64,000 bases of DNA from Patescibacteria group bacterium (GTDB lineage: Bacteria; Patescibacteriota; Patescibacteriia; UM-FILTER-42-10), in the NCBI GenBank assembly GCA_041666845.1, contig JBAYGC010000005.1:584-64583 (forward strand), in the 5' to 3' direction. A model generated the notes under the pieces. The model saw nothing but the letters and a program-made list of their open reading frames with translations, did not search any database and was not told the DNA's origin. A program made the translations under genes and the position numbers. Shown piece by piece: positions 13,159-21,623 of the stretch. The stretch's first letter is position 1; the number at the start of each line of letters is the position of its first letter.

Positions 13159-13253
13159 TTATAACGTTTCGGGTTAGTCGATGTCTGGCGATAGAGGAGT
13201 ATGGGCGGAGGTTTGCTAATAAGCAAACCGGAGTCAGATATTCGCTGTTATAT
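13159..13253 (-). other. attC-like site at the distal end of the cassette-like array
   Basis: Minus strand ATATAAC-AGCG...CCGAAAC-GTTATAA (R''/R'-like boxes, 95 bp); inner arms pair poorly. Confidence 0.5.
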
Positions 13254-13293
13254 GGTGTACGTATTTTCCTTTGATTTGGGACAAGCAAGTCTT

Positions 13294-13323
13294 TCAAAAA
13301 AGTATTATGAATTTCGTTTTTTA
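13294..13323. repeat. Left arm of 30-bp inverted repeat flanking the caspase-like gene
   Basis: 27/30 match to the reverse complement of 15086-15115; overlaps the stop codon. Confidence 0.85.
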
Positions 13324-15081
13324 CCACCAAGCTAGTCTTTTCATATGTTCTTCGTATGCAGTGGAATTTTTTTGAAATTCGGTAAAAGACTTATTGAATA
13401 GGCCTGCAGATATTGGGCCCCAATGATCTTTGCTTTTATCCGCTTCATCTAACATCATTTTGAAAGGATTTTCACCGAAGCGTCTTTGATATTTCCAGGC
13501 AAATCTACCAGGAGGCCCCCAACCACTTTGATTGACGTGTGAATACTCAAGGGCAAAAAGTATTTCAAAATAATCGAATAGATATTCGTAATTTCTTCCT
13601 AAGAAAAGTAAGTCTTCTAAAGTTGGCTGTAAAGTAGTAAACAGTTGCTCGCTTCTCGGCGCATAATGCCTTTCTCGACCAGGTATCCACTTAAATGATT
13701 CATGGATTTCTGACAAATTTGCCCCCACTGGAGTAACAAGTGCTTCACTTTGATCCGACAGGGGCTCTGGTCTTACTGGAGTTTCAAAAATAATCTTTAG
13801 CGCACCATAATTCTGACTGGACAGGGCAGTAATACCTGCCGAATACATTAGTAGTTGAATTGGATACCAAGTAAATCGAAGCCATAGCACCGTTCCTGAT
13901 GAACCTTTATCGGCTTCAGCCAAACGTGTAAATATTTTATTGAGCTGTTGTAATTGTTCGCTGTTACCCCATTTAGCCAACAAGATAGAGATAACTTGTA
14001 GGTCTTTCGATAATTCTTCGTATTCACTCAAACGTTGAATAAATTGATCCTTTTGAGCAGGGATTCCCTGTACTGGGAAATTACGTAAATCAGTTTCATC
14101 CAAAAAATGGCGAATGTGCTTTGAAACAAAATCATCTAATTTGATCTTGTTTGAAGGAACTGATAGCAATTCTTTGATTGTGTCGGCGATCGGTGTTTTT
14201 GGTTCAAATGGAGTCTCAATTTGAGGTGATGTATTCACTAAGATATCAACCTCTCCAGGCTCACCCTTTTCAGATGATTCGGGCTGAGGGGAGGAATTCT
14301 TTTTTTGTTCTAATACAGAGGTGTCAAAAATAAATTCGCCGTCACCATCCACAAAACCATAATGAGGAGTTTGGTGTGAGTATTGATCATTAGCAACATG
14401 GTCAAACACGTATGCCATTACGCCACTTGCCGAGATAATGCCGTCTTTTGTTGAAGCTGCCCCATCCAAAGCGTCTAGTAAGTGAGAAGTAAAAATCGAA
14501 TGGTCCGGTCTTGTTCCGTTCCCATCTGCGACTGTCTCATTAGCTTTACCGGCAGTAAGTAGTTGGCGTGAATATCGTTTTAGCATGTCTCCAATAAAGC
14601 GCATACTGCCTAGTGATGGGGTACGAAGAAAGGCTAATCCCCCATAGCACGCATCCATAAGAAAGAATATGTGCTTGGCAGGAATTAAATCAGAATTTCT
14701 AGTAAATTCGTCCCATCGAATTAATGTATCAATTTCATCTGGTTTGCCTTCGGCTGGAACAAGATAGCCGACCTCACCTCTTTTTCCAGAAACAGTATGG
14801 CCATGACCAGCATAAAATACTATCAACCTGTCGTCGGGGAGAGTCTTTTTAAAATCAAGAAATGATTTATTGATGGTATCCTTTGTTGCGTCTTTGTCGA
14901 TTAGTAAGGAAATATTCGATTTTGGAAACTGAAACTTTTTTTCTAAAATATCGGCAACTGCTTCGGCATCACTTTTTGCATACCCTAAAGGAGGGGCAAA
15001 TTTGTATTGATTAATACCAATTATTAATGCCCAGCTATTTGTATATTCTGGTTGGTAGACTAGTTTTTCTTGGGAGGACAT
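13321..15081 (-). CDS. Caspase-like peptidase C14 (orthocaspase/metacaspase type) with an unassigned C-terminal domain
   Basis: ALIIGINQY, FYAGHG (His), MDACYGG (Cys), HSIFTSHLLDAL. Confidence 0.9.
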   Translation of the reverse strand: MSSQEKLVYQPEYTNSWALIIGINQYKFAPPLGYAKSDAEAVADILEKKFQFPKSNISLLIDKDATKDTINKSFLDFKKTLPDDRLIVFYAGHGHTVSGKRGEVGYLVPAEGKPDEIDTLIRWDEFTRNSDLIPAKHIFFLMDACYGGLAFLRTPSLGSMRFIGDMLKRYSRQLLTAGKANETVADGNGTRPDHSIFTSHLLDALDGAASTKDGIISASGVMAYVFDHVANDQYSHQTPHYGFVDGDGEFIFDTSVLEQKKNSSPQPESSEKGEPGEVDILVNTSPQIETPFEPKTPIADTIKELLSVPSNKIKLDDFVSKHIRHFLDETDLRNFPVQGIPAQKDQFIQRLSEYEELSKDLQVISILLAKWGNSEQLQQLNKIFTRLAEADKGSSGTVLWLRFTWYPIQLLMYSAGITALSSQNYGALKIIFETPVRPEPLSDQSEALVTPVGANLSEIHESFKWIPGRERHYAPRSEQLFTTLQPTLEDLLFLGRNYEYLFDYFEILFALEYSHVNQSGWGPPGRFAWKYQRRFGENPFKMMLDEADKSKDHWGPISAGLFNKSFTEFQKNSTAYEEHMKRLAWW

Positions 15082-15085
15082 CTTT

Positions 15086-15115
15086 TAAAAAACGAAATTT
15101 ATAATGATTTTTTGA
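15086..15115. repeat. Right arm of 30-bp inverted repeat flanking the caspase-like gene
   Basis: taaaaaacgaaatttataatgattttttga, 4 bp from the start codon. Confidence 0.85.
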
Positions 15116-15249
15116 CGGAGCGATAGCTTGAATGAAGGCATATATGCCTTATAATTTGTTTATTATACGAAGCTTTCTGTATCAAGCCCCGATTCCAGTC
15201 TAGCACAATTGCTAATGGTAGGTAATTTGGATGAGTGGGTTAAATAATA

Positions 15250-15597
15250 TTACAGGTCTAAATCGTCAACAATAATTGCACCTGTGACATCTCGTGTATC
15301 TTGTTTTAGTGATTCCAGGTCCTTTTCATCAATGCCTTGTTTCATATCAGTATAGATTTTCTTCATATCCTCACGACTAACTTTTAGCGCTTCCGCAAGT
15401 GCCAATAGCTTTATATCGTTACCGATTCGTGCCACTCTTAGCATTTTCCTGTTAAACTCAACTTGGCGACTGATTTGAAAGCCAACCCAAAGTATGCAGA
15501 GGAAGAAGTAGAACATGAACCATTTAATATCTTCTATAAAGATAATTATGACTAATCCAATGACAGTGAAGAATATGAATTCATGGAAATTTTTCAT
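15250..15597 (-). CDS. Hypothetical protein with 2 TM helices (cassette-like)
   Basis: 115-aa ORF; perfect 12-bp inverted repeats at 15241-15252 and 15613-15624. Confidence 0.7.
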   Translation of the reverse strand: MKNFHEFIFFTVIGLVIIIFIEDIKWFMFYFFLCILWVGFQISRQVEFNRKMLRVARIGNDIKLLALAEALKVSREDMKKIYTDMKQGIDEKDLESLKQDTRDVTGAIIVDDLDL

Positions 15598-15662
15598 AGA
15601 ATAGTTGTTAGTTAATATTATTTAGTTCACGAACCGGCTAGCCCGTGTTAGCTGATGTACTG

Positions 15663-16319
15663 TTAATACTTCAGTAACCCCGCTTTTTTTAAAGCCCTGG
15701 ATATTTCTCTATGATCTTTATCGATCGCTTGTCTCTTAACAAAGTTTGGATTTTTCTTGCATCGTTTTTCTATTATCTTGATTAAGTCTTTGAATACACC
15801 CCGTACCTCATCGAGACTTTTTTTGCTGCTTGGAAATCTTTTACCATGAAATGAGAAGTCGTCTCCAATAAAGTTACCAAAATCAGAAATATGGACACGT
15901 TTTTTTCGGCTTGGTGTTAAAAAGCCAAGACATCGGTCTTCAATATGCTCCAGATGGTTCCTGATAGTTTTTATCTCAAATATATCCTTGATTCTGGTTT
16001 CAAGACTTTTAATTTCAACATCGCCTGTTTCCTCATACAAATTATGTAACAGTTTGTAAATCTTATCTATACAAATAAAGAAGAAATGAGTATCGCATGC
16101 AAGGTAGGTATGTAGAAATTTGTTCTTCCTGCTAAAATTTCCACCATGCGCTCTAGCGATGAACCTTCTCATTTCAGATCTGTGTTTTTCTAATCGTCTT
16201 ATCTCTAAGATTGACCCATTCACATAATTCTGAATGTTATTGAGCAGCAAAAAAAGCCGTGTGGATTTTTTAGCATTCGTATCAAGGTAGGGATAGTATT
16301 TGGTTATTGAATCAAACAT
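15663..16319 (-). CDS. Hypothetical helical protein with HEPN-like Rx4H motif (cassette-like)
   Basis: IRNHLEH motif; 15/19 inverted repeats at 15647-15665 and 16325-16343. Confidence 0.65.
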   Translation of the reverse strand: MFDSITKYYPYLDTNAKKSTRLFLLLNNIQNYVNGSILEIRRLEKHRSEMRRFIARAHGGNFSRKNKFLHTYLACDTHFFFICIDKIYKLLHNLYEETGDVEIKSLETRIKDIFEIKTIRNHLEHIEDRCLGFLTPSRKKRVHISDFGNFIGDDFSFHGKRFPSSKKSLDEVRGVFKDLIKIIEKRCKKNPNFVKRQAIDKDHREISRALKKAGLLKY

Positions 16320-16486
16320 GATATTAACAGTATTTCTTCTAACTTTTTATTTTGCTATCTTCACCGTGAAATTAGCATAATTCTCTATAGTTAGCAATAA
16401 TCACGAACAACCCCCACCTTTTTGCCAAAAGCGGGGAGGGAAAGGGAGGAAATTACTCTATTTAAACAAAACTCTAATGATACCCG

Positions 16487-17419
16487 CTATTGGTTGTCTT
16501 TTTTCAGTATCAGAAACAACTGGGCCAGGATCAACAGCCCGAAGAAAATCCCTAGGTTCACTCCGGCGGGGATGGCGAAGGCCGGCACGATTTTTTCCAT
16601 TTCATATAACGGCAGATCCATCTGATCAAACAAAGCATTGGTTGAGTGTCTCAGAAAAGTTATGCTAAAAGTTAGAAACAGTAGAAGATAGTATACTGCC
16701 AATCCGAATCTGGCAAAGCGACGGTTGTGATAAAAAAGATAAGACAGAACTAATATCGCGAAGATTGCAAAGCTCAAAAGGTAAGTACCCTGTGCCTTAA
16801 ATATGAAATTGCCAAATAGGGGAAAAGCGCCTTGGAGGAAGATGAAAAGAAAAAATACAGAAACCCAGAGATAGTTCAGCAGTATGATCGCAAGTTTATT
16901 GGTCGAAAGGTTGGCGAAATAACTGTCTGAATTGGTAGTGTTAAACAATTGCTTGGTTTTTTCGTTTATGTAAAATTTTATCAAAAAGTAAGGTATGGCA
17001 ATCAAAAAGAATGAAATAAGAATTATGATGGTCAGCGATTGATAGGGCGCTATGGTTTTAAGCAGATTAAAGGAAAGCAGAATACTGGCTGTTGTTATGC
17101 TTCCAATAATAATAAGTTTTTTTAAGAATGCAATAGACAGATTGTATCCCCATTTTTTGAATCGGAAATTCCCGATCCCGAGGGGGATGCCAAAAAGTGC
17201 AAAGAAAAAATATGCCATTACATTGAGCACTATAAATGCAAACATCAGACTGCCAAAGCCAAAGCCTTCGTAGTGAAAATTTCCTCCTTCAGCAAATGCA
17301 TAAAAGGATGTGAATTCGGCAGGGACCAGCAACATCGAAAACAACCCGCCGACCAGCAGGACAAGTCCGATAGTTTTTATTAACAAGACTCTTTTGTTTG
17401 ATCCCGGTTTTGTCGCCAT
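16487..17419 (-). CDS. Polytopic membrane protein
   Basis: 310 aa with about 8 hydrophobic segments; upstream TTGCCC-17-TAGACT. Confidence 0.75.
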   Translation of the reverse strand: MATKPGSNKRVLLIKTIGLVLLVGGLFSMLLVPAEFTSFYAFAEGGNFHYEGFGFGSLMFAFIVLNVMAYFFFALFGIPLGIGNFRFKKWGYNLSIAFLKKLIIIGSITTASILLSFNLLKTIAPYQSLTIIILISFFLIAIPYFLIKFYINEKTKQLFNTTNSDSYFANLSTNKLAIILLNYLWVSVFFLFIFLQGAFPLFGNFIFKAQGTYLLSFAIFAILVLSYLFYHNRRFARFGLAVYYLLLFLTFSITFLRHSTNALFDQMDLPLYEMEKIVPAFAIPAGVNLGIFFGLLILAQLFLILKKDNQ

Positions 17420-17495
17420 CTCTTCAAAATCAAATTTATCTTTTAAATTTGGTACTATTTCAGTCTAGCACCAAGGTTATAGCCGGGCAATATGC

Positions 17496-17541
17496 ACAAA
17501 AAACCCGATTGCTATAATTCCAGACTAGTCGCTTGTCGGAG
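17496..17541 (+). repeat. 46-bp dispersed boundary element, copy B
   Basis: acaaaaaacccgattgctataattccagactagtcgcttgtcggag. Confidence 0.8.
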
Positions 17542-17558
17542 AGGGTTCTAAATAATTG

Positions 17559-17628
17559 TGGATTCCCGGGTCCTGCCTCGCCTTGATCCGGCGGAGCGGC
17601 GGCAAGGCGGGCAAGCCCGAGAATGACA
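17559..17628. repeat. Nested REP-like element (TGGATTCCCGG...CAAGCCCGAGAATGACA with a GC-rich insert)
   Basis: Same outer shell as 18863-18929 and 25974-26040, different insert. Confidence 0.75.
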
Positions 17629-17712
17629 GTAAATTATTGACACTAACGGGTGTTTTGTAGTAAAAGAAAGGCACCTGCGCCAACCACGTTTTCCAAATTG
17701 AGGGGGGTGTTT

Positions 17713-17916
17713 ATGTCTTCAGATCTTAGGGCGGCGGTGATCAAATACACTGCCAAACAGCTCGGCGTGAGCGAGGATCAGGTCACCTTGGACACGGTGA
17801 TTCCCGACATCCACAGTCTGGTCACATTCGTGGCCATCGAGACCGGTAAGATCAGTTTCGTCCAGGATGTCCGTGCGAAGCACACCGTGGCGAAGGCGAT
17901 CAAATCGTTCCTTTAG
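17713..17916 (+). CDS. GC-rich small protein resembling acyl carrier protein but lacking the GxDSL loop
   Basis: SD-like GAGGGGGG before ATG 17713; VIKYTAKQLGVSEDQVT...HTVAKAIKSF parallels ACP helices I and IV; TTGACA at 17637. Confidence 0.65.
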   Translation: MSSDLRAAVIKYTAKQLGVSEDQVTLDTVIPDIHSLVTFVAIETGKISFVQDVRAKHTVAKAIKSFL

Positions 17917-17917
17917 T

Positions 17918-17947
17918 AGGGGTCGGATGTCTAGACCCCTTTTTTTA
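17918..17947 (+). terminator. Intrinsic terminator
   Basis: aggggtc-loop-gacccct followed by a T-run. Confidence 0.75.
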
Positions 17948-17965
17948 TTTCCGCGAAAGAGAGGA

Positions 17966-18325
17966 TTATTGTTCAGCTTTTTTCTCAATCTTTTTCGCCA
18001 CAGTGCGGTTGAGATCATTGCGCCAGTTGTTGGTAAAGGTTTTTGTTTCGCCTAAGAGTCCGTCACAGAAGGCGGCTACATCTTGTCCTGTAATCTCCAG
18101 CGCGCTTCGACCATTGATGACTCCTTCTTCGAAGAGTTCGAGTAAACCTTTCAATACGTCTATTGATCCCAGTCCATTTTTAAACATGTAGCCTTTGATT
18201 TCATCATAGACAATCTGATAATCACGGGGCATTTTTTTGGCACGCGCTTCCATAGCCCGCCATTCTTTTTTATCGCCGGTTACTTTTTTCCAGAAGTTGT
18301 TGATCTCTTTTAATACGTTAGCCAT
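17966..18325 (-). CDS. DUF1048-family protein
   Basis: DKKEWRAMEARAKKMPRDYQ...LFEEG...GQDVAAFCD; coupled to padR. Confidence 0.85.
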   Translation of the reverse strand: MANVLKEINNFWKKVTGDKKEWRAMEARAKKMPRDYQIVYDEIKGYMFKNGLGSIDVLKGLLELFEEGVINGRSALEITGQDVAAFCDGLLGETKTFTNNWRNDLNRTVAKKIEKKAEQ

Positions 18326-18647
18326 TTGATTGTTCCTTTAGTTTGTTAATACTTTTTGTGATAAATTGCCATTTCCCCCAGAAGACGGACAGCTCCTTGC
18401 GTCCCGCGCTGTTGAGTGTATAGAATTTGCGCATCGGTCCCAGCTCGGAAGACCTTTTTTTGATATTCACCAGCCCGCTTTTTTCGAGCCTTAGGAGGAT
18501 GGTGTAAACCGTTCCTTCCACCACCTCTGTGAAGCCGAGTCCGCGGAGCTTGGATGCTATTTCGTAGCCGTAGGTTTCCTCCCGGCTGATGATCTCCAGG
18601 ATACAGCCCTCGAGTACGCCTTTTAACATTTCCGTAATGTTTTCCAA
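18318..18647 (-). CDS. PadR-family transcriptional regulator (TTG start)
   Basis: EMLKGVLEGCIL...YGYEI...EGTVYTILLRLE...RKFYTL; SD AAGGAG before TTG. Confidence 0.92.
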   Translation of the reverse strand: MENITEMLKGVLEGCILEIISREETYGYEIASKLRGLGFTEVVEGTVYTILLRLEKSGLVNIKKRSSELGPMRKFYTLNSAGRKELSVFWGKWQFITKSINKLKEQSNG

Positions 18648-18680
18648 AGTATTTCTCCTTTCCAATATTACTTGCTTAAT

Positions 18681-18734
18681 ATGTAGTATCACTTACTACC
18701 ACTACATAGTATCACGTAGTAGTTTTGGTGTCAA
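18681..18734 (-). promoter_or_regulatory. padR promoter with overlapping repeated operator-like boxes
   Basis: TTGACA-17-TACTAT; tagtatcac occurs twice across the -10/+1 region. Confidence 0.6.
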
Positions 18735-18798
18735 GAGATAGGGATTAGGTTTTAAGGGTAGGGTTGCCCCCACACCCAAGGCTGGTTGTGGGGGCTCT

Positions 18799-18843
18799 CC
18801 AGAAAACCCAATTTCTGTTGCTATGACTGGTCACTTTTCGGTG
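18799..18843 (+). repeat. 46-bp dispersed boundary element, copy C (more diverged, 1 gap)
   Basis: ccagaaaacccaatttct...gactggtcacttttcggtg; preceded by the CCCCCACACC palindrome as in copy A. Confidence 0.65.
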
Positions 18844-18862
18844 GACGTTTTCTAAAAACTTA

Positions 18863-18967
18863 TGGATCCCCGGATCCCCGGCCGCCTAACTGCCGTTAGG
18901 CAGTGGGGCAGGCAAGCCCGAGGATGACAATCAAATAACAAGTCATTCCCGCGAAAGCGGGAATCCA
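18863..18967. repeat. REP-like pair: nested element plus GTCATTCCCGCGAAAGCGGGAATCCA
   Basis: 18863-18929 is 65/67 identical to 25974-26040. Confidence 0.85.
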
Positions 18968-19080
18968 TGGAATTAATTTGATGCTGATATTAGCTAAAAT
19001 TAGCCCATTTAGTATTGACCCCGTTAGAGGAGTTCCTCTAAGCGGGGTTGACAAAAACCCAGTTTAGGTGTATGCTGTCA
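18961..19080 (+). promoter_or_regulatory. Duplicated promoter module (CCCCGTTAGA palindrome plus TTGACA-17-TATGCT)
   Basis: Homologous to the reverse complement of 25861-25980; -35 at 19048-19053, -10 at 19071-19076. Confidence 0.8.
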
Positions 19081-19230
19081 GGTTTCATGGTTCATTGAAA
19101 TATCACTGCGTATATTGCCGTGGCGTCCAGATTAGAAAGAAGATCAGTCTAATTTGACCGCTCCGGCAATGTTGCCAAGCATGACATCCTAATGTCCAGT
19201 ATGGATTCCAAAGCCATGAAGGAGATTTCC

Positions 19231-19803
19231 ATGAAGAAGTCGTACATGACTCAGGACGACATCTACGTTGCCCAGGCGTGGAAGAGTCTGGCGAAGAAGC
19301 TGTTTCCTTGCCAGATCGTCGTGACGCTGGTCATGGTGACGCTGACCTACATCGCCCGGCGCTTCATCAATCACCACTATTTCGATCATGTGGTGACGGA
19401 TGCTGTCGCTGGCAACATCCCCAACGTGGTGATCGCGCTCGTAGCGTTCATCTTCGCCGGTGTGTTCGCGGTGGCTGTCGCGACCAACATCGCGTTCAGG
19501 AACGCACCGATTCGTACGATCACGCTCGTTCTGCTCACGTTCCTGGTACCTGCTGTGATCGGCGCCTTCTCCAGCTTCTGCTCGCACATCTATCTCCGGC
19601 CGGCGGATATCGTGTATGATTTCATTCCGGCGGTTCTGCTCATCGGGGTCTGGTGGTACACCAGCAACGCGCTCGATGAGGCCAGCGGATCGAACTTCGG
19701 TCAGAGCAAGGTCGCGAAAAGGATTCGAAACAGGATCGAGTACGCCTGTATCGGACAGTTCGCGATCTTCATGATTCTGATGGCCTACGTCATCGGGATT
19801 TAA
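19231..19803 (+). CDS. GC-rich multi-TM membrane protein (probable start MKKSY)
   Basis: SD AAGGAG 6 nt before ATG 19231; about 5 hydrophobic segments; C/G-ending codons. Confidence 0.75.
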   Translation: MKKSYMTQDDIYVAQAWKSLAKKLFPCQIVVTLVMVTLTYIARRFINHHYFDHVVTDAVAGNIPNVVIALVAFIFAGVFAVAVATNIAFRNAPIRTITLVLLTFLVPAVIGAFSSFCSHIYLRPADIVYDFIPAVLLIGVWWYTSNALDEASGSNFGQSKVAKRIRNRIEYACIGQFAIFMILMAYVIGI

Positions 19804-19840
19804 CTGCCCTTTTGACCTGAGCAAGTCCTAAGAAGTGCTC

Positions 19841-19867
19841 ACCCGCCAGGTAACTGACGGGTTTTTT
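19841..19867 (+). terminator. Intrinsic terminator
   Basis: acccgccag-gtaa-ctgacgggt followed by a T-run. Confidence 0.7.
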
Positions 19868-19954
19868 CTTTGCCAAAAAATATTAACCGATAATCAAAAA
19901 CAAGCGCGGTCAAACCCGCGCCTGCATTTATATTTTTTACAAACAGTTATTTGA

Positions 19955-20611
19955 TTAGTTGCATTTTTCAAATGATGTGAGGTGTTTATCCTGTGAGGCA
20001 TCCATCAGGCTTGTAAATACCGTTGTAATATCTTCGTATTCGGTCACGGCGGGCAATAATTCATCTCTGTACAATCTCGCGTTGGCGATCTCAGCTTCTA
20101 CTCCCACCTGACATGTTTCTTTTATTGTCACGGGGATTTCAATAGTCGCAGGCTGATATGGATCCTCGGGTATTGTCTCGCCGTATTTATCATACAGCGC
20201 TTTCAGCGAACTGATGTGCTGTTCTTCCGCGCGGATGATCATTGAAAACGGCCGGACTGATCCGAATTTGCTTATTACCGCCTCATAAGTGGCGCGCGCT
20301 TTGTATTCGTCGTCAATAGCGCTGTTTAAGGCAGTCACAACGCTATTTGGTAGTTCACCCGCCGGATATTCCAGATTGCTGACCTGCAGACAATCGTCCG
20401 CCACGCAGTTGGATTTTGTGATAACTTCCGTTTCCGAGGTGTTGGTGTTCGAAATATTGACGTTACTAGTGTTTACATTACCGGCATTCACATTGTTTAA
20501 ATTAACGTTTTGGTTTGAATTATCATTCTGGAAATAATTATAAGATACAAATGCCCCGGTTAAAATTACGATAACTCCTAAAACTATGATCCCGTATTTC
20601 ATAATCATCAC
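19955..20611 (-). CDS. Membrane-anchored ferritin-like (DUF2202-like) protein
   Basis: TM helix, Asn-rich linker, DEYKARATY...AEEQH...AEIANARLY. Confidence 0.8.
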   Translation of the reverse strand: MMIMKYGIIVLGVIVILTGAFVSYNYFQNDNSNQNVNLNNVNAGNVNTSNVNISNTNTSETEVITKSNCVADDCLQVSNLEYPAGELPNSVVTALNSAIDDEYKARATYEAVISKFGSVRPFSMIIRAEEQHISSLKALYDKYGETIPEDPYQPATIEIPVTIKETCQVGVEAEIANARLYRDELLPAVTEYEDITTVFTSLMDASQDKHLTSFEKCN

Positions 20612-20713
20612 CCTTAATAATTAACGTGCAATTTGATTATAGCAAGTTTATTTTGCCCACTATAATGCCCCTTTCCCAAAATTCTGAAAGGGGCACTGAC
20701 TGGAGAGAACTTT

Positions 20714-21157
20714 TTAGCTTGCTAGATCACACTCACCGTCACCGGTTCCGTTCCCACTACCGTTTCCAGCGCCATTATTCTGTCCATTACCGCCCTGGCC
20801 GAACCCCAGGCCTCCGGAATATGGTCCTTCGCCGGTTTCACGTAGCTCGTTTCTCTGCGCCACTCTTTCTGCAATTTCTTCTTCACTGAAACCGCGTTCC
20901 TGCCATCTGGCCACCGCATTTGCTTCCATTTGCGCGTTCATTTCATCGATACTGACGCCCTGCTCCAAAGCGATCTCTTGATAATCTTTTGTCTCGCGTG
21001 CAGCAGAAAGCTCTTCAGTCGTCATACCTAGAATTTCCGCTTTTGTTTCCAACATGTTTGTTGAACCGTTACCGTTACCTTGCGCGTATACGACACCGCC
21101 GGTTAATGTTGCAATCGCAGAGATACCGAGGATGCCGCCTAATAAATATTTATTCAT
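20714..21157 (-). CDS. Secreted hypothetical protein with Gly/Asn-rich tail
   Basis: Signal peptide, AEILGMTTEEL helical repeat. Confidence 0.8.
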   Translation of the reverse strand: MNKYLLGGILGISAIATLTGGVVYAQGNGNGSTNMLETKAEILGMTTEELSAARETKDYQEIALEQGVSIDEMNAQMEANAVARWQERGFSEEEIAERVAQRNELRETGEGPYSGGLGFGQGGNGQNNGAGNGSGNGTGDGECDLAS

Positions 21158-21329
21158 ATAATTTTATTATTTGTTAATGTTAATTATTAATCCGACCTTT
21201 CACAACCTACTTGCATTCCCTTACTACGTGGTGGTATGGTATTTTATTTCAAAATATTTCCACAAAAAAAATTCCACTTATCGCGGAACTGCTATTCTAT
21301 TCAATGATGAGAAACTTGGATCAGCCGGC

Positions 21330-21593
21330 TTATTTGAAAGCGATTATCTGGAAACCGTATTTATCTACTTCTGCTTCGGTCCAGAAATTTTGGTCTTTGG
21401 TCTTAATAACGTGAGTAACCTCTTTTTCTATTTTCCGACCTGAATATTTTTTGGTCTGAGGATCCCATTCTTTCAATACCAGAAGATCGCCCGGCTGACA
21501 GTCGAAATCAGCCAATCGGAGTTCATATTTTTTGTCCCCGTCCATTATTTTTTGAAAATATTCAGGCCAAATTTTCTTTTCAATTTTTTTCAT
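21330..21593 (-). CDS. ASCH/PUA-like (DUF3850) protein
   Basis: KKIWPEYFQKIMDGDKKYELR...GDLLVLKEW. Confidence 0.85.
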   Translation of the reverse strand: MKKIEKKIWPEYFQKIMDGDKKYELRLADFDCQPGDLLVLKEWDPQTKKYSGRKIEKEVTHVIKTKDQNFWTEAEVDKYGFQIIAFK

Positions 21594-21623
21594 GTGAGCA
21601 ATGTTTGTGATACGGGTAAAGCC

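Noticed and set aside
12917-13330. 138-aa N-terminal extension of S6 in the ORF track
   Set aside because: Runs through the promoter, a palindrome and an attC-like site; S6 homology starts at 12916.
15145-15180. loxP/dif-like half site (gcttcgtataa) upstream of the caspase-like gene
   Set aside because: The second arm matches neither a XerD box nor a symmetric lox arm; more likely an attC-like remnant.
19189-19824. 211-aa minus-strand ORF
   Set aside because: Antisense shadow; the plus strand has the promoter, SD, terminator and TM pattern.
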